Positions 18,907 through 28,247 of a stretch of 64,000 nucleotides of DNA are shown in pieces. The DNA is from Polyangiales bacterium (GTDB lineage: Bacteria; Myxococcota_A; Polyangia; Polyangiales; Ga0077539): NCBI GenBank assembly GCA_044229975.1, contig JBGARZ010000008.1:96001-160000 (forward strand), in the 5' to 3' direction. The translations under genes and the position numbers were made by a program. The notes below the pieces were generated by a model, which saw nothing but the letters and a program-made list of their open reading frames with translations, was not told the DNA's origin and did no database searches. Numbering within the stretch: position 1 is the first letter of the stretch; each line of letters opens with the position of its first letter.

Positions 18907-19655
18907 CGCACCACGCCCAGCGACTCGCACACCTCCGTCACGATCATCGTCGACAGCAGCCCATAGAGCGCCTCGCCCTCCGCCGCGCTGCCCGCCGCGG
19001 GCGCACCGAAGTACCCGCGCTCGCTGCCCATCGCCTTGAAGGTGGTCTTCCCCTCCTTGATGGCCTTCGACAACGAAATCGGAACCACCGCCAACCCCGC
19101 CCTCACCTCGTCGCGCACGAGGTCGGGACGCGCCGCCAGCACCAGCGAGGTCTCGTAGCTCCCCGCGTGGCAGTCACCGCGCTTGAACTCCTCGCTCAGC
19201 GTTCGCCCCCAGCGTCGCGTGAGCTGGTTGGGAAAGAGCGCGCCGTCCACCTCGGCCACGGCCGCGAGCAGCGCCTCGACGTGCTCGGGTTCGAGGTGGT
19301 TGTTGACCACCGCCACGCGCGCAAAACCCGCCGCCCGGTACGCCGCGCAGAGCTCACGCACGACGGCCCGCGTGGTCTCCGGCGACAGCGAGATGGCGCC
19401 CGCAAACTCCGACGCGTAGTGGGTCACCCCGTACGGGAGCGTGGGGCACACCACCGCCGTCACGCCCGCGGCGCGCAGCTCGGCCGCCGCTCGCAGGCAG
19501 GCGTGCTCGGACAGCAGCGCGTCGGTCAGCAGCGGCAGGTGCGGACCGTGGGGTTCGGTGCTCCCCACCGGCAGCAGCGCCACCGGGAAGGGCAAGCGCA
19601 GGAGGGCGTCGACGTCGGTCGTGGCGAGCTCGGCGAGGCGGAGGGAGGGCGTCAT
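18903..19655 (-). CDS. Creatininase-family amidohydrolase
   Basis: LPVGSTEPHGPHLPLLTD, NNH and HAGSYETS motifs. Confidence 0.9.
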   Translation of the reverse strand: MTPSLRLAELATTDVDALLRLPFPVALLPVGSTEPHGPHLPLLTDALLSEHACLRAAAELRAAGVTAVVCPTLPYGVTHYASEFAGAISLSPETTRAVVRELCAAYRAAGFARVAVVNNHLEPEHVEALLAAVAEVDGALFPNQLTRRWGRTLSEEFKRGDCHAGSYETSLVLAARPDLVRDEVRAGLAVVPISLSKAIKEGKTTFKAMGSERGYFGAPAAGSAAEGEALYGLLSTMIVTEVCESLGVVR

Positions 19656-19787
19656 TCTTACGGGGGAGTGTATGCGCCGCACGGCCTCGGAGCGCAGGAG
19701 AATCGCGTGTGCCGGGTTGTGCCTGCGGCCGCAGCCGGACGTGGCGCCGTGCACCACCGTGGGGATGCTTTTGCCGACAACGCTCGC

Positions 19788-19804
19788 GGGGCACGCGAGG
19801 TGCT
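19788..19804 (+). promoter_or_regulatory. Candidate sigma-54 promoter for the DUF2330 pair
   Basis: GGGGCACGCGAGGTGCT = GG-N10-GC, ~22 bp before ATG 19826. Confidence 0.3.
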
Positions 19805-19825
19805 GACGATCGCGCGCGGAGACGA

Positions 19826-21274
19826 ATGACGATGCGAACGAAGCGCTGGGCGTTGGTGACGATCGGGCTGGCCGTGGCCCTCGGGGCGACGGAGGTGCTG
19901 GCCTGTGGTGGGTGCTTCGCGCCGCCTGGTGCGGTGCAGGTGGTGACCGACCACCGGATGGTGCTGGCGCTGTCGTCGACGCAGACGACGCTGTGGGATC
20001 AGTTCTCGTACAGCGGTCGGCCGTCGGAGTTCAGTTGGATCCTGCCGATTCGCTACACCGACCGTCTGCAGGTCGCCATCGCCGACGACAACTTCCTCAC
20101 CTTCGTCAACAACGTCACGTCGCCGCGCCTCGTGCAGCCCAACGACCCGTGGCCGCCGTGCCCGGGGCCGCCCTTCTCGGGCGGGTTCGCAGACGCCTCG
20201 TTCAGCTCCGACGCGCCGTCGGCAGACCGCCCGGCGGTGGTGGTGCTGCGCATGGAGACCGTCGGTCCCTACGCGGTGTCCATCATCCGCGGGACGGACC
20301 CGATGGCCATCCGCGACTGGCTCCGCGACAACGGATACAGCGTTCCGAGCGCGATCAGCCCGGTGATCGATCACTACACCGCGCTCAGCATGGACTACAT
20401 CGCGCTGCGGCTGCGGCCCGCGGGTGAAGGCGTCGTGCCGCGCATGCAGCCGGTACGGGTGACCATGGAGGGCTACGTGCCGAGCCTCCCGCTGCGGATG
20501 ATCGCCGCGGGCGTGGCCGACCGCGTGGGGCTCTCGCTGGTGGTGTTCGCCAACTCGCGCATCGAGGCGGAGAACTTTCCCAACGGCGAGCTCTCCGACG
20601 CCGACTTCACCTGGGACTGGGCGCGCTCGCAGAACCCCTCGACGGACTTCCTCAACGCCTTCACCGCGCTCAACAACAGCAACGGTCGGCGCCTCTGGCT
20701 CACCGAGATGGCGGCGCGTCAGGAGACCGCGCGGTGGTTCATTCCGCCGAGCTCCATGGTGACGACGGTCGATGCGGGCGGCGCCATCTCGACGACGCCC
20801 ACCAACCCGATGGACGACGTTCGCTTGATCACGGCCGCGCTCGGCGCGTCTCCCTACGTCACACGGCTGCGCGCCGACCTCCCGGCCGCCATGCTCGACC
20901 GCGACCTCGCGCTCCAGGCGAGCGACCGCGCGACTCGTTCGGAGACGTACCAGTACGGCGCGCAGCTCAACGTTCCGCCGCGCCCGGTGTGCCCCAGCTA
21001 CGACGACGCCGGGATGGTCGCCCGCCGCGACGCGGGCGCGGTCACGACGGACATCGGGGGGACGGTCGTGAGCGACGCGGGCGCGGTCGTGATGACGATG
21101 GACAGCGGGACGGTGGCCGACGCGGGTGTGAGCACGGCGCCAACGCCCGCGACGGCGAGCGGCGGCGCGTCGTGCGCGGTGGACGTCGCGGGTGCGACGA
21201 AGAGCGGTTGGGGCGCGTGGGCGCTGGGCGCGCTGGCGTGTGCCGCGGGCTGGCGTCGTCGGCGTCGCGGATGA
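19826..21274 (+). CDS. DUF2330-family secreted protein with MYXO-CTERM-like tail
   Basis: Signal peptide then ACGGCF; FSWILP, VGPY, WLRDNGY and PLRMIA; C-terminal Cys-TM-RRRRR. Confidence 0.85.
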   Translation: MTMRTKRWALVTIGLAVALGATEVLACGGCFAPPGAVQVVTDHRMVLALSSTQTTLWDQFSYSGRPSEFSWILPIRYTDRLQVAIADDNFLTFVNNVTSPRLVQPNDPWPPCPGPPFSGGFADASFSSDAPSADRPAVVVLRMETVGPYAVSIIRGTDPMAIRDWLRDNGYSVPSAISPVIDHYTALSMDYIALRLRPAGEGVVPRMQPVRVTMEGYVPSLPLRMIAAGVADRVGLSLVVFANSRIEAENFPNGELSDADFTWDWARSQNPSTDFLNAFTALNNSNGRRLWLTEMAARQETARWFIPPSSMVTTVDAGGAISTTPTNPMDDVRLITAALGASPYVTRLRADLPAAMLDRDLALQASDRATRSETYQYGAQLNVPPRPVCPSYDDAGMVARRDAGAVTTDIGGTVVSDAGAVVMTMDSGTVADAGVSTAPTPATASGGASCAVDVAGATKSGWGAWALGALACAAGWRRRRRG

Positions 21275-21300
21275 CGGATGCGAAGCAAGAGAAGGAGGCG

Positions 21301-22674
21301 ATGACCATGCGAACGAAGCGTTGGGCAGGAGTGACGATGGGGTTGGCGGTGGCGCTCGGCGCGACGGAGGCGCTGGCGTGCGGCGGGTGTTTCGGTCCGC
21401 CGCCGCCCACGCCGCGGGACGTGCAGGTGGTGACCGACCACCGGATGGTGCTGTCGCTGTCGTCGACGCAGACCACGCTGTGGGACCAGTTCGCGTACAG
21501 CGGGCGGCCCGCGGAGTTCAGTTGGATCCTGCCGATCCGCTACACGCCGGGGCTTCGCGTGGCCATCGCCGACGACGGCTTCCTGTCGTACGTGAACACC
21601 ATCACGGCGCCGCAGCTCATCCCGCCGCCGTTTCCGTGGGGTCCGTGTGCGTTCGCGCCGTCGGCGGGCGGGTTCGCCGATGCGGGCTCCTTCGCCTCGG
21701 ACGCGGGCGCCGCCGACCGTCCGGTGACGGTGCTGCGCATGGAGACGGTGGGCCCGTACTCGGTGTCCATCATCCGCGGAGCCGACCCGATGGCCATCCG
21801 CGACTGGCTTCGCGACAACGGGTACAGCGTGCCGGTCCAGCTCAACCCCATCATCGATTTCTACACCGCGCAGAGCATGGACTACATCGCGCTGCGGCTG
21901 CGGCCCGCGGGCGAAGGGATGGTTCCGCGGATGCAGCCGGTGCGGGTGACCATGGAGGGCTACGTGCCGAGCCTGCCGCTGCGGATGATCGCCGCGGGCG
22001 TGGCCGACAAGGTGGGGTTGTCGCTGGTGGTGTTCGCCAACTCGCGCACCGAGGCGGGCAACTTCCCCAACGGCGAGCTCTCGGACGCGGACTTCACCTG
22101 GGACTGGCAGGGACCGCAAAACCCGGTGACGGACTACCTCAACGCCTTCAACACGCTCAACAACCGCAACGGGCGGCGCCTCTGGCTCACCGAGGTCGCC
22201 GGCCGGCAGGACCTCAACACCTGGAGCATCCCGGCCAGCGGCGAGTTTCGTCCGCCCGTCGACGGCGGCGCGACGGAGGACGGCGGCGTCTCGACGACGC
22301 CCACCGACCCGATGGACGACCTCCGTGTGATCCGCACGACGGTGGGGAGCAACGCCTACGTCACCCGGATGCGGGCCGACCTCCCGGCCGTCATGCTCGA
22401 CCGCGACCTCACGCTCCAGTCGAGCGATCGTGGGACCCGCGCGCAGCTCTACCAATACGGCAGCCAGGCGAACATCCCGCCGCGCCCGATGTGCCTCGGC
22501 CCCGGCGGCACCGATGGCGGATTCGCGAGCGCGATCGACAGCGGAGTGCCGACCAGCGGGACGTTGAGCGTGGCGTCGTGCTCGGTGGGTGGGGTCGGCG
22601 CCGCGAAGGTCGGTTGGGGCGCGTGGGCACTGGGCGCGCTGGCGATGGTGCTCGCGCGTCGGAAGCGCCGGTAG
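21301..22674 (+). CDS. DUF2330-family secreted protein, tandem paralog, with MYXO-CTERM-like tail
   Basis: AAGGAGG RBS; long stretches nearly identical to 19826..21274; SCSV..TM..RRKRR tail. Confidence 0.85.
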   Translation: MTMRTKRWAGVTMGLAVALGATEALACGGCFGPPPPTPRDVQVVTDHRMVLSLSSTQTTLWDQFAYSGRPAEFSWILPIRYTPGLRVAIADDGFLSYVNTITAPQLIPPPFPWGPCAFAPSAGGFADAGSFASDAGAADRPVTVLRMETVGPYSVSIIRGADPMAIRDWLRDNGYSVPVQLNPIIDFYTAQSMDYIALRLRPAGEGMVPRMQPVRVTMEGYVPSLPLRMIAAGVADKVGLSLVVFANSRTEAGNFPNGELSDADFTWDWQGPQNPVTDYLNAFNTLNNRNGRRLWLTEVAGRQDLNTWSIPASGEFRPPVDGGATEDGGVSTTPTDPMDDLRVIRTTVGSNAYVTRMRADLPAVMLDRDLTLQSSDRGTRAQLYQYGSQANIPPRPMCLGPGGTDGGFASAIDSGVPTSGTLSVASCSVGGVGAAKVGWGAWALGALAMVLARRKRR

Positions 22675-22715
22675 TCGGCGACCTCACCTTCCTCGGTCTC
22701 AAGGTCATCGCGTCC

Positions 22716-22746
22716 GGCTACCGCGGGTTGAAAACCCACGGCAGTC
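22716..22746. terminator. Short hairpin between convergent genes (terminator or REP-like palindrome)
   Basis: GGCTACCGCGGGTT-GAA-AACCCACGGCAGTC; the two A-C mismatches become G-U pairs on the minus strand. Confidence 0.5.
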
Positions 22747-22803
22747 GGGCGCGATGGCCTTGTGAGGAGTGAGGTCAGCAGAGAGAGAGGAAGGGAGCAG
22801 CGC

Positions 22804-25800
22804 TCAGCGCACGCACTCGCCCGTCATCACGTTGCAGCGCGTGCCAGCGAAGAAGTTGCTGCAGAAGAGGTTGCCGCCCAGCAGGTCGCACCGCGGGGCG
22901 CAGACGCGGAACGTGGTGTTCCAGCAGGCCGTCGAGGGGAAGCGCCCGCCCGAGCCGACGCCCGCGCACTGCGCGTTGGTCTCACACGCGCACGCAAACT
23001 CGTCGATGATCGTGTTGCCGTTGTCGTCGATGCCGTTGCAGCACTCGCCGCCCGGCACCGAGGTCGGGCGGCAGTCGGAGTCGGCGCAGTCGGACACGCC
23101 GTCGCAGTCGTTGTCGACGCCGTCGGTGCAGGCCCCGACGCCCGTCTCGCGCATCATCGTCGGGCGGCAGCACATCGGCTGCGCCGCGCACCCCGGGTCG
23201 GCGCAGTCGCGCAGGCCGTCGCAGTCGTTGTCCAGGCCGTCGAAGCACGAGCGCGCGTCGGCCTCGGCGCCCGTCGGGCGGCAGCACACCCGCGACGCCG
23301 CGCAGTCCACGTCGGCGCAGTCGGACTGACCATCGCAGTCGTTGTCGATGCGGTCGCTGCACGCGCGGTCGTTGTTCTCGAGCACCGGCATGCACCGGCA
23401 CGACGGGAACATCGCGCACTCCGCGTCGGCGCAATCGACGGCGCCGTCGCCGTCGTCGTCGCGCGCGTTGTCGCAGATCTCCGTGCCCGCCGACTCGGTG
23501 ATGTTGAGCACGAAGTCGCCGCGCGCCCCTTCGTTGAATCCGTCGACGAAGATGAAGTAGGTGCCGCGCGTCGCGGCGAAGGTGACGCGCGAGACGGTGC
23601 CGCCCGAGTCGTCGTTGCAGGCGAGCTGCGTCCCGGTCTCGCACGGCTCGCGTCGCACGTAGAGCACCGTGTCGAAGGTGCTGCCCACCGTGTCGATGGT
23701 GATCACCGTCGGGGCGCTGACCTGGAGGGTGTAGACCACGTCGCCGCCCGATCCGCCCGCGCAGCCGGGAGCGCCGAGCACGGGGGTGAAGTCGTTGCGC
23801 GCCCCGTTGAGGTTGCCGCGCGTCGTCGACGGGAGCCCCACCCGGATGGCCCCCGCACAGGTGTCGTTGACCGGTGAGGGCGCGCACACCGGCAGCGTCG
23901 CGCAGCGCGGGTCGGTGCAGTCCGTCCGGCCATTGCAGTCGTTGTCGCGACCGTCGGAGCACGACGCGTTGTCGAACTCCGGCCCCGTCGGCACGCACAT
24001 CATGCACGCGGGGTTGCCGCGGCAGTCGAAGTCCGAGCAGTCGATGAAGCCGTCGCAGTCGTTGTCGCGACCGTCGCCGCACGCCTCCGGGGTCGACACG
24101 CAGCCGCAGAACCCGCCCGCCACGCACTCCGGGTCGGCGCAGTCGAAGAGCCCGTCGCAGTCGTTGTCGCGACCATCGAGGCAGGCCATCGGGTCGCGCT
24201 CGGGACGGTCGGGCATGCACATCAGGCAGAACGGGTTGGTCGCGCAGTCGGCCCGGTCGAGGCAGTCGATGAGGCCGTCGCCGTCGTCGTCGAGGCGGTT
24301 GGTGCACACCTCCGTCGCGCCGACGTTGACGTTGAGCTGGAAGGCGCCGCTCGCGCCGTTCCAGCCGTCGACGACGATGAAGTACGTCCCCGGCTCGGCG
24401 TTGGTGAGCACGATGCGCGAGGCCGTCCCGACGCCCGCGCCGTCGTCATCACAAGCGATGGGCGTCCCGCCGCACATGTCGCGGAAGACGATGAGCGCCG
24501 TGTCGTACGCGCTGCCCAGGGTGTCGATGGTGATCGTCTGCCGCGTCGGGTTGCGGATCACGTACACCACGTCGGGCGCACCGGTGCCGGCGCAGGTCGG
24601 CGTGAAGTCGTCGCGCGCCCGGCTGGTGTCACCGCTCGCGCGCCCGGGGACCGAGAGCAACGTCGGGCTCGCGCAGGTGTCGTTGACCACCCGGCACGCG
24701 TCGGTGTCGCGGCACGCCCCGTCGGCGCAGTCGCGGGCGCCGTTGCAGTCGTTATCCCGGCCGTCGCCGCAGATCTCGATGCGCGAGTCGGGCACGCACA
24801 TCATGCAGCCCGGCAGGAAGCGGCAGTTGGCGTCGGCGCAGTCACGCACGCCGTTGCAGTCGTTGTCGATGCCGTCGGCGCAGCGCATCGGGTCGAACTC
24901 CGGCCCCGTCGGGATGCACATCATGCACGCCGGAGACATCGCGCACTCCGAGTCGGCGCAGTCGAGCAGCCGGTCGCAGTCGTTGTCGCGCCCGTCGCCG
25001 CAGACCTCGGGGCCCGTCGGCACGCAGGGTCCGCACGCGGGCGTCCCGGCGCAGGTGACGTCGGCGCAGTCGGAGCGGCCGTCGCAGTTGTTGTCGCGGC
25101 CGTCGTTGCACAGCTCCGGGGCGCCGGGGTTGACCGTTCGGTCGGCGTCGTTGCAGTCGCGACCGCCCGCGCAGGTGACCGGACCGAAGCCGTCGCCGTC
25201 ACCGTCGGTTGGCGCCGTGATGCACGTGCGACGCCCTTCGTCGCAGCGATCGCTCGTGCACGGGTCGCCGTCGTCGCAGAGCACGGGCATCTCGGAGAAG
25301 CACCCGCGGCGCGCGTCGCAGCGCTCGACGCCATTGCAGAAGAGCCCGTCGTTGCAGCGCGTGTCGTCGACCCGGTTGAGGCAGCCGCGGCCGGGCAGGC
25401 AGAGGTCGATGGTGCACGCGACGCCGTCGTCGCAGGTGAGCGCCGGCCCGCGAGCGCAGCGGCCGGCGCGGCACGACTCGGCGCCGTCGCAGGGGTCGCC
25501 GTTGTCGCAGTTGGCGTCGCTGGTGCACTCCACCGGGGTGCAGTCGCGCATCGGGTCGCAGAACGCCGGCGCGAAGCAGCGGCTGTTGTCGGGGCTGAAG
25601 ACGCAGCCGCGGCCCTCGACGCACTGGTCGACGGTGCAGACGACGTTGTCGTTGCAGGCGAGCGCGGGGCCCGGGGCGCAACGGCCCTGGAGGCAGACCT
25701 CGGCGCCGTTGCAGGAGAGACCGTCGTTGCACTGGAAGTCGTTGGTACAGCTCGGCTCGGTGTCGGGGACGTCGGGCCGGTCGACGGGCGGTGTGTCAGG

Positions 25801-25935
25801 CCGGTCGAGTGGCACATCGACCACGACATGGGCGTCAGGGACGTCTTCCGGGACGTCGAGCTCCGAGCGGCCGCACGCCGCGAGGGCGTAGCTGGCGAGG
25901 AGGACACCGGCGAGCGAGAGAGCGTGGCGCTTCAT
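22804..25935 (-). CDS. Large Cys/Asp-rich repeat lipoprotein with two PPC-like beta domains
   Basis: Lipobox LAAC; CxDGxDNDCDGxxDCxDxxC repeats; DCND...NPGAPELC metal-binding-like motif; two NDTC...DVVY...DT.L...YFI.VDG modules. Confidence 0.85.
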   Translation of the reverse strand: MKRHALSLAGVLLASYALAACGRSELDVPEDVPDAHVVVDVPLDRPDTPPVDRPDVPDTEPSCTNDFQCNDGLSCNGAEVCLQGRCAPGPALACNDNVVCTVDQCVEGRGCVFSPDNSRCFAPAFCDPMRDCTPVECTSDANCDNGDPCDGAESCRAGRCARGPALTCDDGVACTIDLCLPGRGCLNRVDDTRCNDGLFCNGVERCDARRGCFSEMPVLCDDGDPCTSDRCDEGRRTCITAPTDGDGDGFGPVTCAGGRDCNDADRTVNPGAPELCNDGRDNNCDGRSDCADVTCAGTPACGPCVPTGPEVCGDGRDNDCDRLLDCADSECAMSPACMMCIPTGPEFDPMRCADGIDNDCNGVRDCADANCRFLPGCMMCVPDSRIEICGDGRDNDCNGARDCADGACRDTDACRVVNDTCASPTLLSVPGRASGDTSRARDDFTPTCAGTGAPDVVYVIRNPTRQTITIDTLGSAYDTALIVFRDMCGGTPIACDDDGAGVGTASRIVLTNAEPGTYFIVVDGWNGASGAFQLNVNVGATEVCTNRLDDDGDGLIDCLDRADCATNPFCLMCMPDRPERDPMACLDGRDNDCDGLFDCADPECVAGGFCGCVSTPEACGDGRDNDCDGFIDCSDFDCRGNPACMMCVPTGPEFDNASCSDGRDNDCNGRTDCTDPRCATLPVCAPSPVNDTCAGAIRVGLPSTTRGNLNGARNDFTPVLGAPGCAGGSGGDVVYTLQVSAPTVITIDTVGSTFDTVLYVRREPCETGTQLACNDDSGGTVSRVTFAATRGTYFIFVDGFNEGARGDFVLNITESAGTEICDNARDDDGDGAVDCADAECAMFPSCRCMPVLENNDRACSDRIDNDCDGQSDCADVDCAASRVCCRPTGAEADARSCFDGLDNDCDGLRDCADPGCAAQPMCCRPTMMRETGVGACTDGVDNDCDGVSDCADSDCRPTSVPGGECCNGIDDNGNTIIDEFACACETNAQCAGVGSGGRFPSTACWNTTFRVCAPRCDLLGGNLFCSNFFAGTRCNVMTGECVR

Positions 25936-26103
25936 GGGTTGACCTGTGGGGAGACGGGTAGTGGGTCAGCGAAGAATCGCCCCACAGGATGCGCCACACG
26001 CGCCCCGCGGGTGAACCTTCTGGCAGAGCACCGGTGCACGGGCCGGGCCGCCACGAAGCGGACCGTTGACCTCACCCACTGTGATCGTCGACCCTCAGCG
26101 CCC

Positions 26104-26940
26104 ATGCGAACGTGGGCCGCGGTGCTGGGGGTGCTGCTGATCGGGTGCTCGGAGGAAGAGGCGTTTCCGGCGGAGGATGTGCCGTCGGTGGAGGACGTCG
26201 GGAGCGTCGTGGATGTGCCCGCGGATGTCCCGACCATCGACGCCGGTCGAGCCGATGCGGGTCGTGCGGATGTGGGGACGCCCGACGTGGGCCGAGCCGA
26301 CATCGGGACACCCGACGTGGGCAGAGCCGACATCGGGACACCCGACGTAGGCAGGGTCGACGTGGGGACGCCCGATGCGGGCCGGGTCGACGCGGGGCCC
26401 TCGTCGCCGGTCTTCTTCGCGACTGGTGACATCACGACCACCGCCTCCGTTGGCGGAACGGGCGGAACCCTCTTCAACGACGACTGCCCGGCGGGCGCCG
26501 CGATGGTCGGCTTCGAGGGCGTCGTGGGCGCCGACAACTACATCACCCAGATCGCGATCGTGTGCGCGACGCTGCGCGTCGAGGGTGATCGCGTCGTCAC
26601 GGGCGCGACCACCACCTCCCCGCGACGCGGCATCAACCCCGGGACGGACGTCTCGCTGCGCTGCCCCGCCGACCAGTTGATCGTCGGCTTCGAGGGACGC
26701 GCGGGCGGACTGATCGATCAGGTTCGCTTCGCGTGCGCCCCGTACACGGCACCAGTCGCAGACGGAGGGCGCGTCGTGGTGCGCGGGACCGTCACGCTCA
26801 CCGAGCCGGTGGGCGGCACCGGGGGCGCTCCCTTCGCGCGCATCTCGTGCAGCGACGGGGCTGCTCAGGGCGCCGCGGTGCGCGCGGGCGATGGCGTCGA
26901 CTCCATCGCGCTGCGGTGCGCCGCTCTCAACGCGCGCTGA
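26104..26940 (+). CDS. Lipoprotein with jacalin-like (beta-prism) C-terminal domain
   Basis: Lipobox LIGC; DVGTP/DVGRA pentapeptide repeats; three GGxGG...C...VGFEG...IDQ..F.C repeats. Confidence 0.7.
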   Translation: MRTWAAVLGVLLIGCSEEEAFPAEDVPSVEDVGSVVDVPADVPTIDAGRADAGRADVGTPDVGRADIGTPDVGRADIGTPDVGRVDVGTPDAGRVDAGPSSPVFFATGDITTTASVGGTGGTLFNDDCPAGAAMVGFEGVVGADNYITQIAIVCATLRVEGDRVVTGATTTSPRRGINPGTDVSLRCPADQLIVGFEGRAGGLIDQVRFACAPYTAPVADGGRVVVRGTVTLTEPVGGTGGAPFARISCSDGAAQGAAVRAGDGVDSIALRCAALNAR

Positions 26941-27038
26941 GCGAGCACGGCGAGCCCGGTGCCGGGGCGCGGTTGACGTCAACATGGCGACGCGCGTCTG
27001 ATCGCGCGGTGCACGCCACAGAAGCGGAACGGGCTCCG

Positions 27039-28181
27039 ATGCTCCGCGCCTCACGGCTGACGCGACGAGCCGCGCGGTGGCTCGGGACGGCGGGCTACCT
27101 GTGTCTCACCGTTCCGCTGTGGCTCTTGCTGGCGCCGGAGCTGCTCGGGATCAACGAGCAATGGATGCCCCTGTGGCTCCTCGCGATCAGCGGGCTCGCG
27201 CTCGGCGTCCTGAGCTGGGTGTGCCTGGTGGTCGGGTGGATGTACGCCCGCGCGCGCTGGGCCCCGACGGAGCTGACGGTCCGGTCAGACGCTCTGATCC
27301 TCCACACGCTCCAACGCGCGGTGGTCGTTCCTCGCGACTCCGTCGTCGGTGGGACCCGGCGCGGTGCGCTCGGCGGCTTCGAGCTTCACCTCCGCGGCGG
27401 AGACCACCTCGTCGGAGACGCATCGCCAGACGACACTGCGCGCCTCCTCGCTGAGCTCTCGCTCGACGCCCCGCGACGCGCGGTCACCCTCGGCACCACG
27501 ACCGCGGTCACCCCGGCGTTTCGCGCGGCCTGGATCTTCGCGGCATTGGCCGTCGCCACCGGAGGACTGCTGCACGCTTCGCCGCCCCGCACCGGGCTGT
27601 TGCTCGTGAACACCTTGGTGGCATGGCTCCTCGCCGTCGCGACGCTCGGGCCGACGGTGACCGTCGGCGTCGACGGGCTGCGCATACGTCAGCTCGGAGT
27701 CGAGCTGTTCATCGCGTGGTCGGAGGTCGTCGACGTGACGAAGACGGGCGCCCTGAGGCTCACGCTGACGAGCGGCGAGGAGGTGTCCCTGGGCCGCAGC
27801 AACGCCGCCGTGGAGACGCTGCGCGTCCGCATCGACGAGGCGCGCGACGCGGCGGCGACCAGTGGTCCGATGGCGGCGGCGGCCCGGGGCGGGCGCTCCG
27901 TCGAGCAGTGGCGCAAGGCGATGGACACGCTGCTCGAAGGCACTGGCTACCGCGACGGGGCGGTGAGCGAAGACGCGCTGGTGGGCGCGCTGCGAGGCGG
28001 CGCCGTGGGCGACGAGCGGGTGGGCGCGGCGCTGGCGCTGGTGGCCATCAACCGCGAGCGGCATGTGACGGGCGTGCGCGTGGCGGCAGAGGCAGTGGCC
28101 GACGAGCGGGTGCGCGTGGCGCTGGAGCAGATCGCGGATGGCGTGGCGGACGACGCGACGCTGAAGCGGGCGGCGCGGTAG
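27039..28181 (+). CDS. Hypothetical membrane protein (two TM pairs with PH-like domains, helical C-terminus)
   Basis: Two TM hairpins, each followed by a beta-rich segment (VTVGVDGL...IAWSEV); GYRD motif. Confidence 0.65.
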   Translation: MLRASRLTRRAARWLGTAGYLCLTVPLWLLLAPELLGINEQWMPLWLLAISGLALGVLSWVCLVVGWMYARARWAPTELTVRSDALILHTLQRAVVVPRDSVVGGTRRGALGGFELHLRGGDHLVGDASPDDTARLLAELSLDAPRRAVTLGTTTAVTPAFRAAWIFAALAVATGGLLHASPPRTGLLLVNTLVAWLLAVATLGPTVTVGVDGLRIRQLGVELFIAWSEVVDVTKTGALRLTLTSGEEVSLGRSNAAVETLRVRIDEARDAAATSGPMAAAARGGRSVEQWRKAMDTLLEGTGYRDGAVSEDALVGALRGGAVGDERVGAALALVAINRERHVTGVRVAAEAVADERVRVALEQIADGVADDATLKRAAR

Positions 28182-28247
28182 GGCGAGCGGGTGCTCTGCG
28201 AGCCCCTCGGAGTTGACGGACCATCGACCCGGCGGTGGGATGCGCGG

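Noticed and set aside
18903..19655. Mycofactocin cluster (MftE-like)
   Set aside because: No mftA/B/C radical-SAM genes in the window
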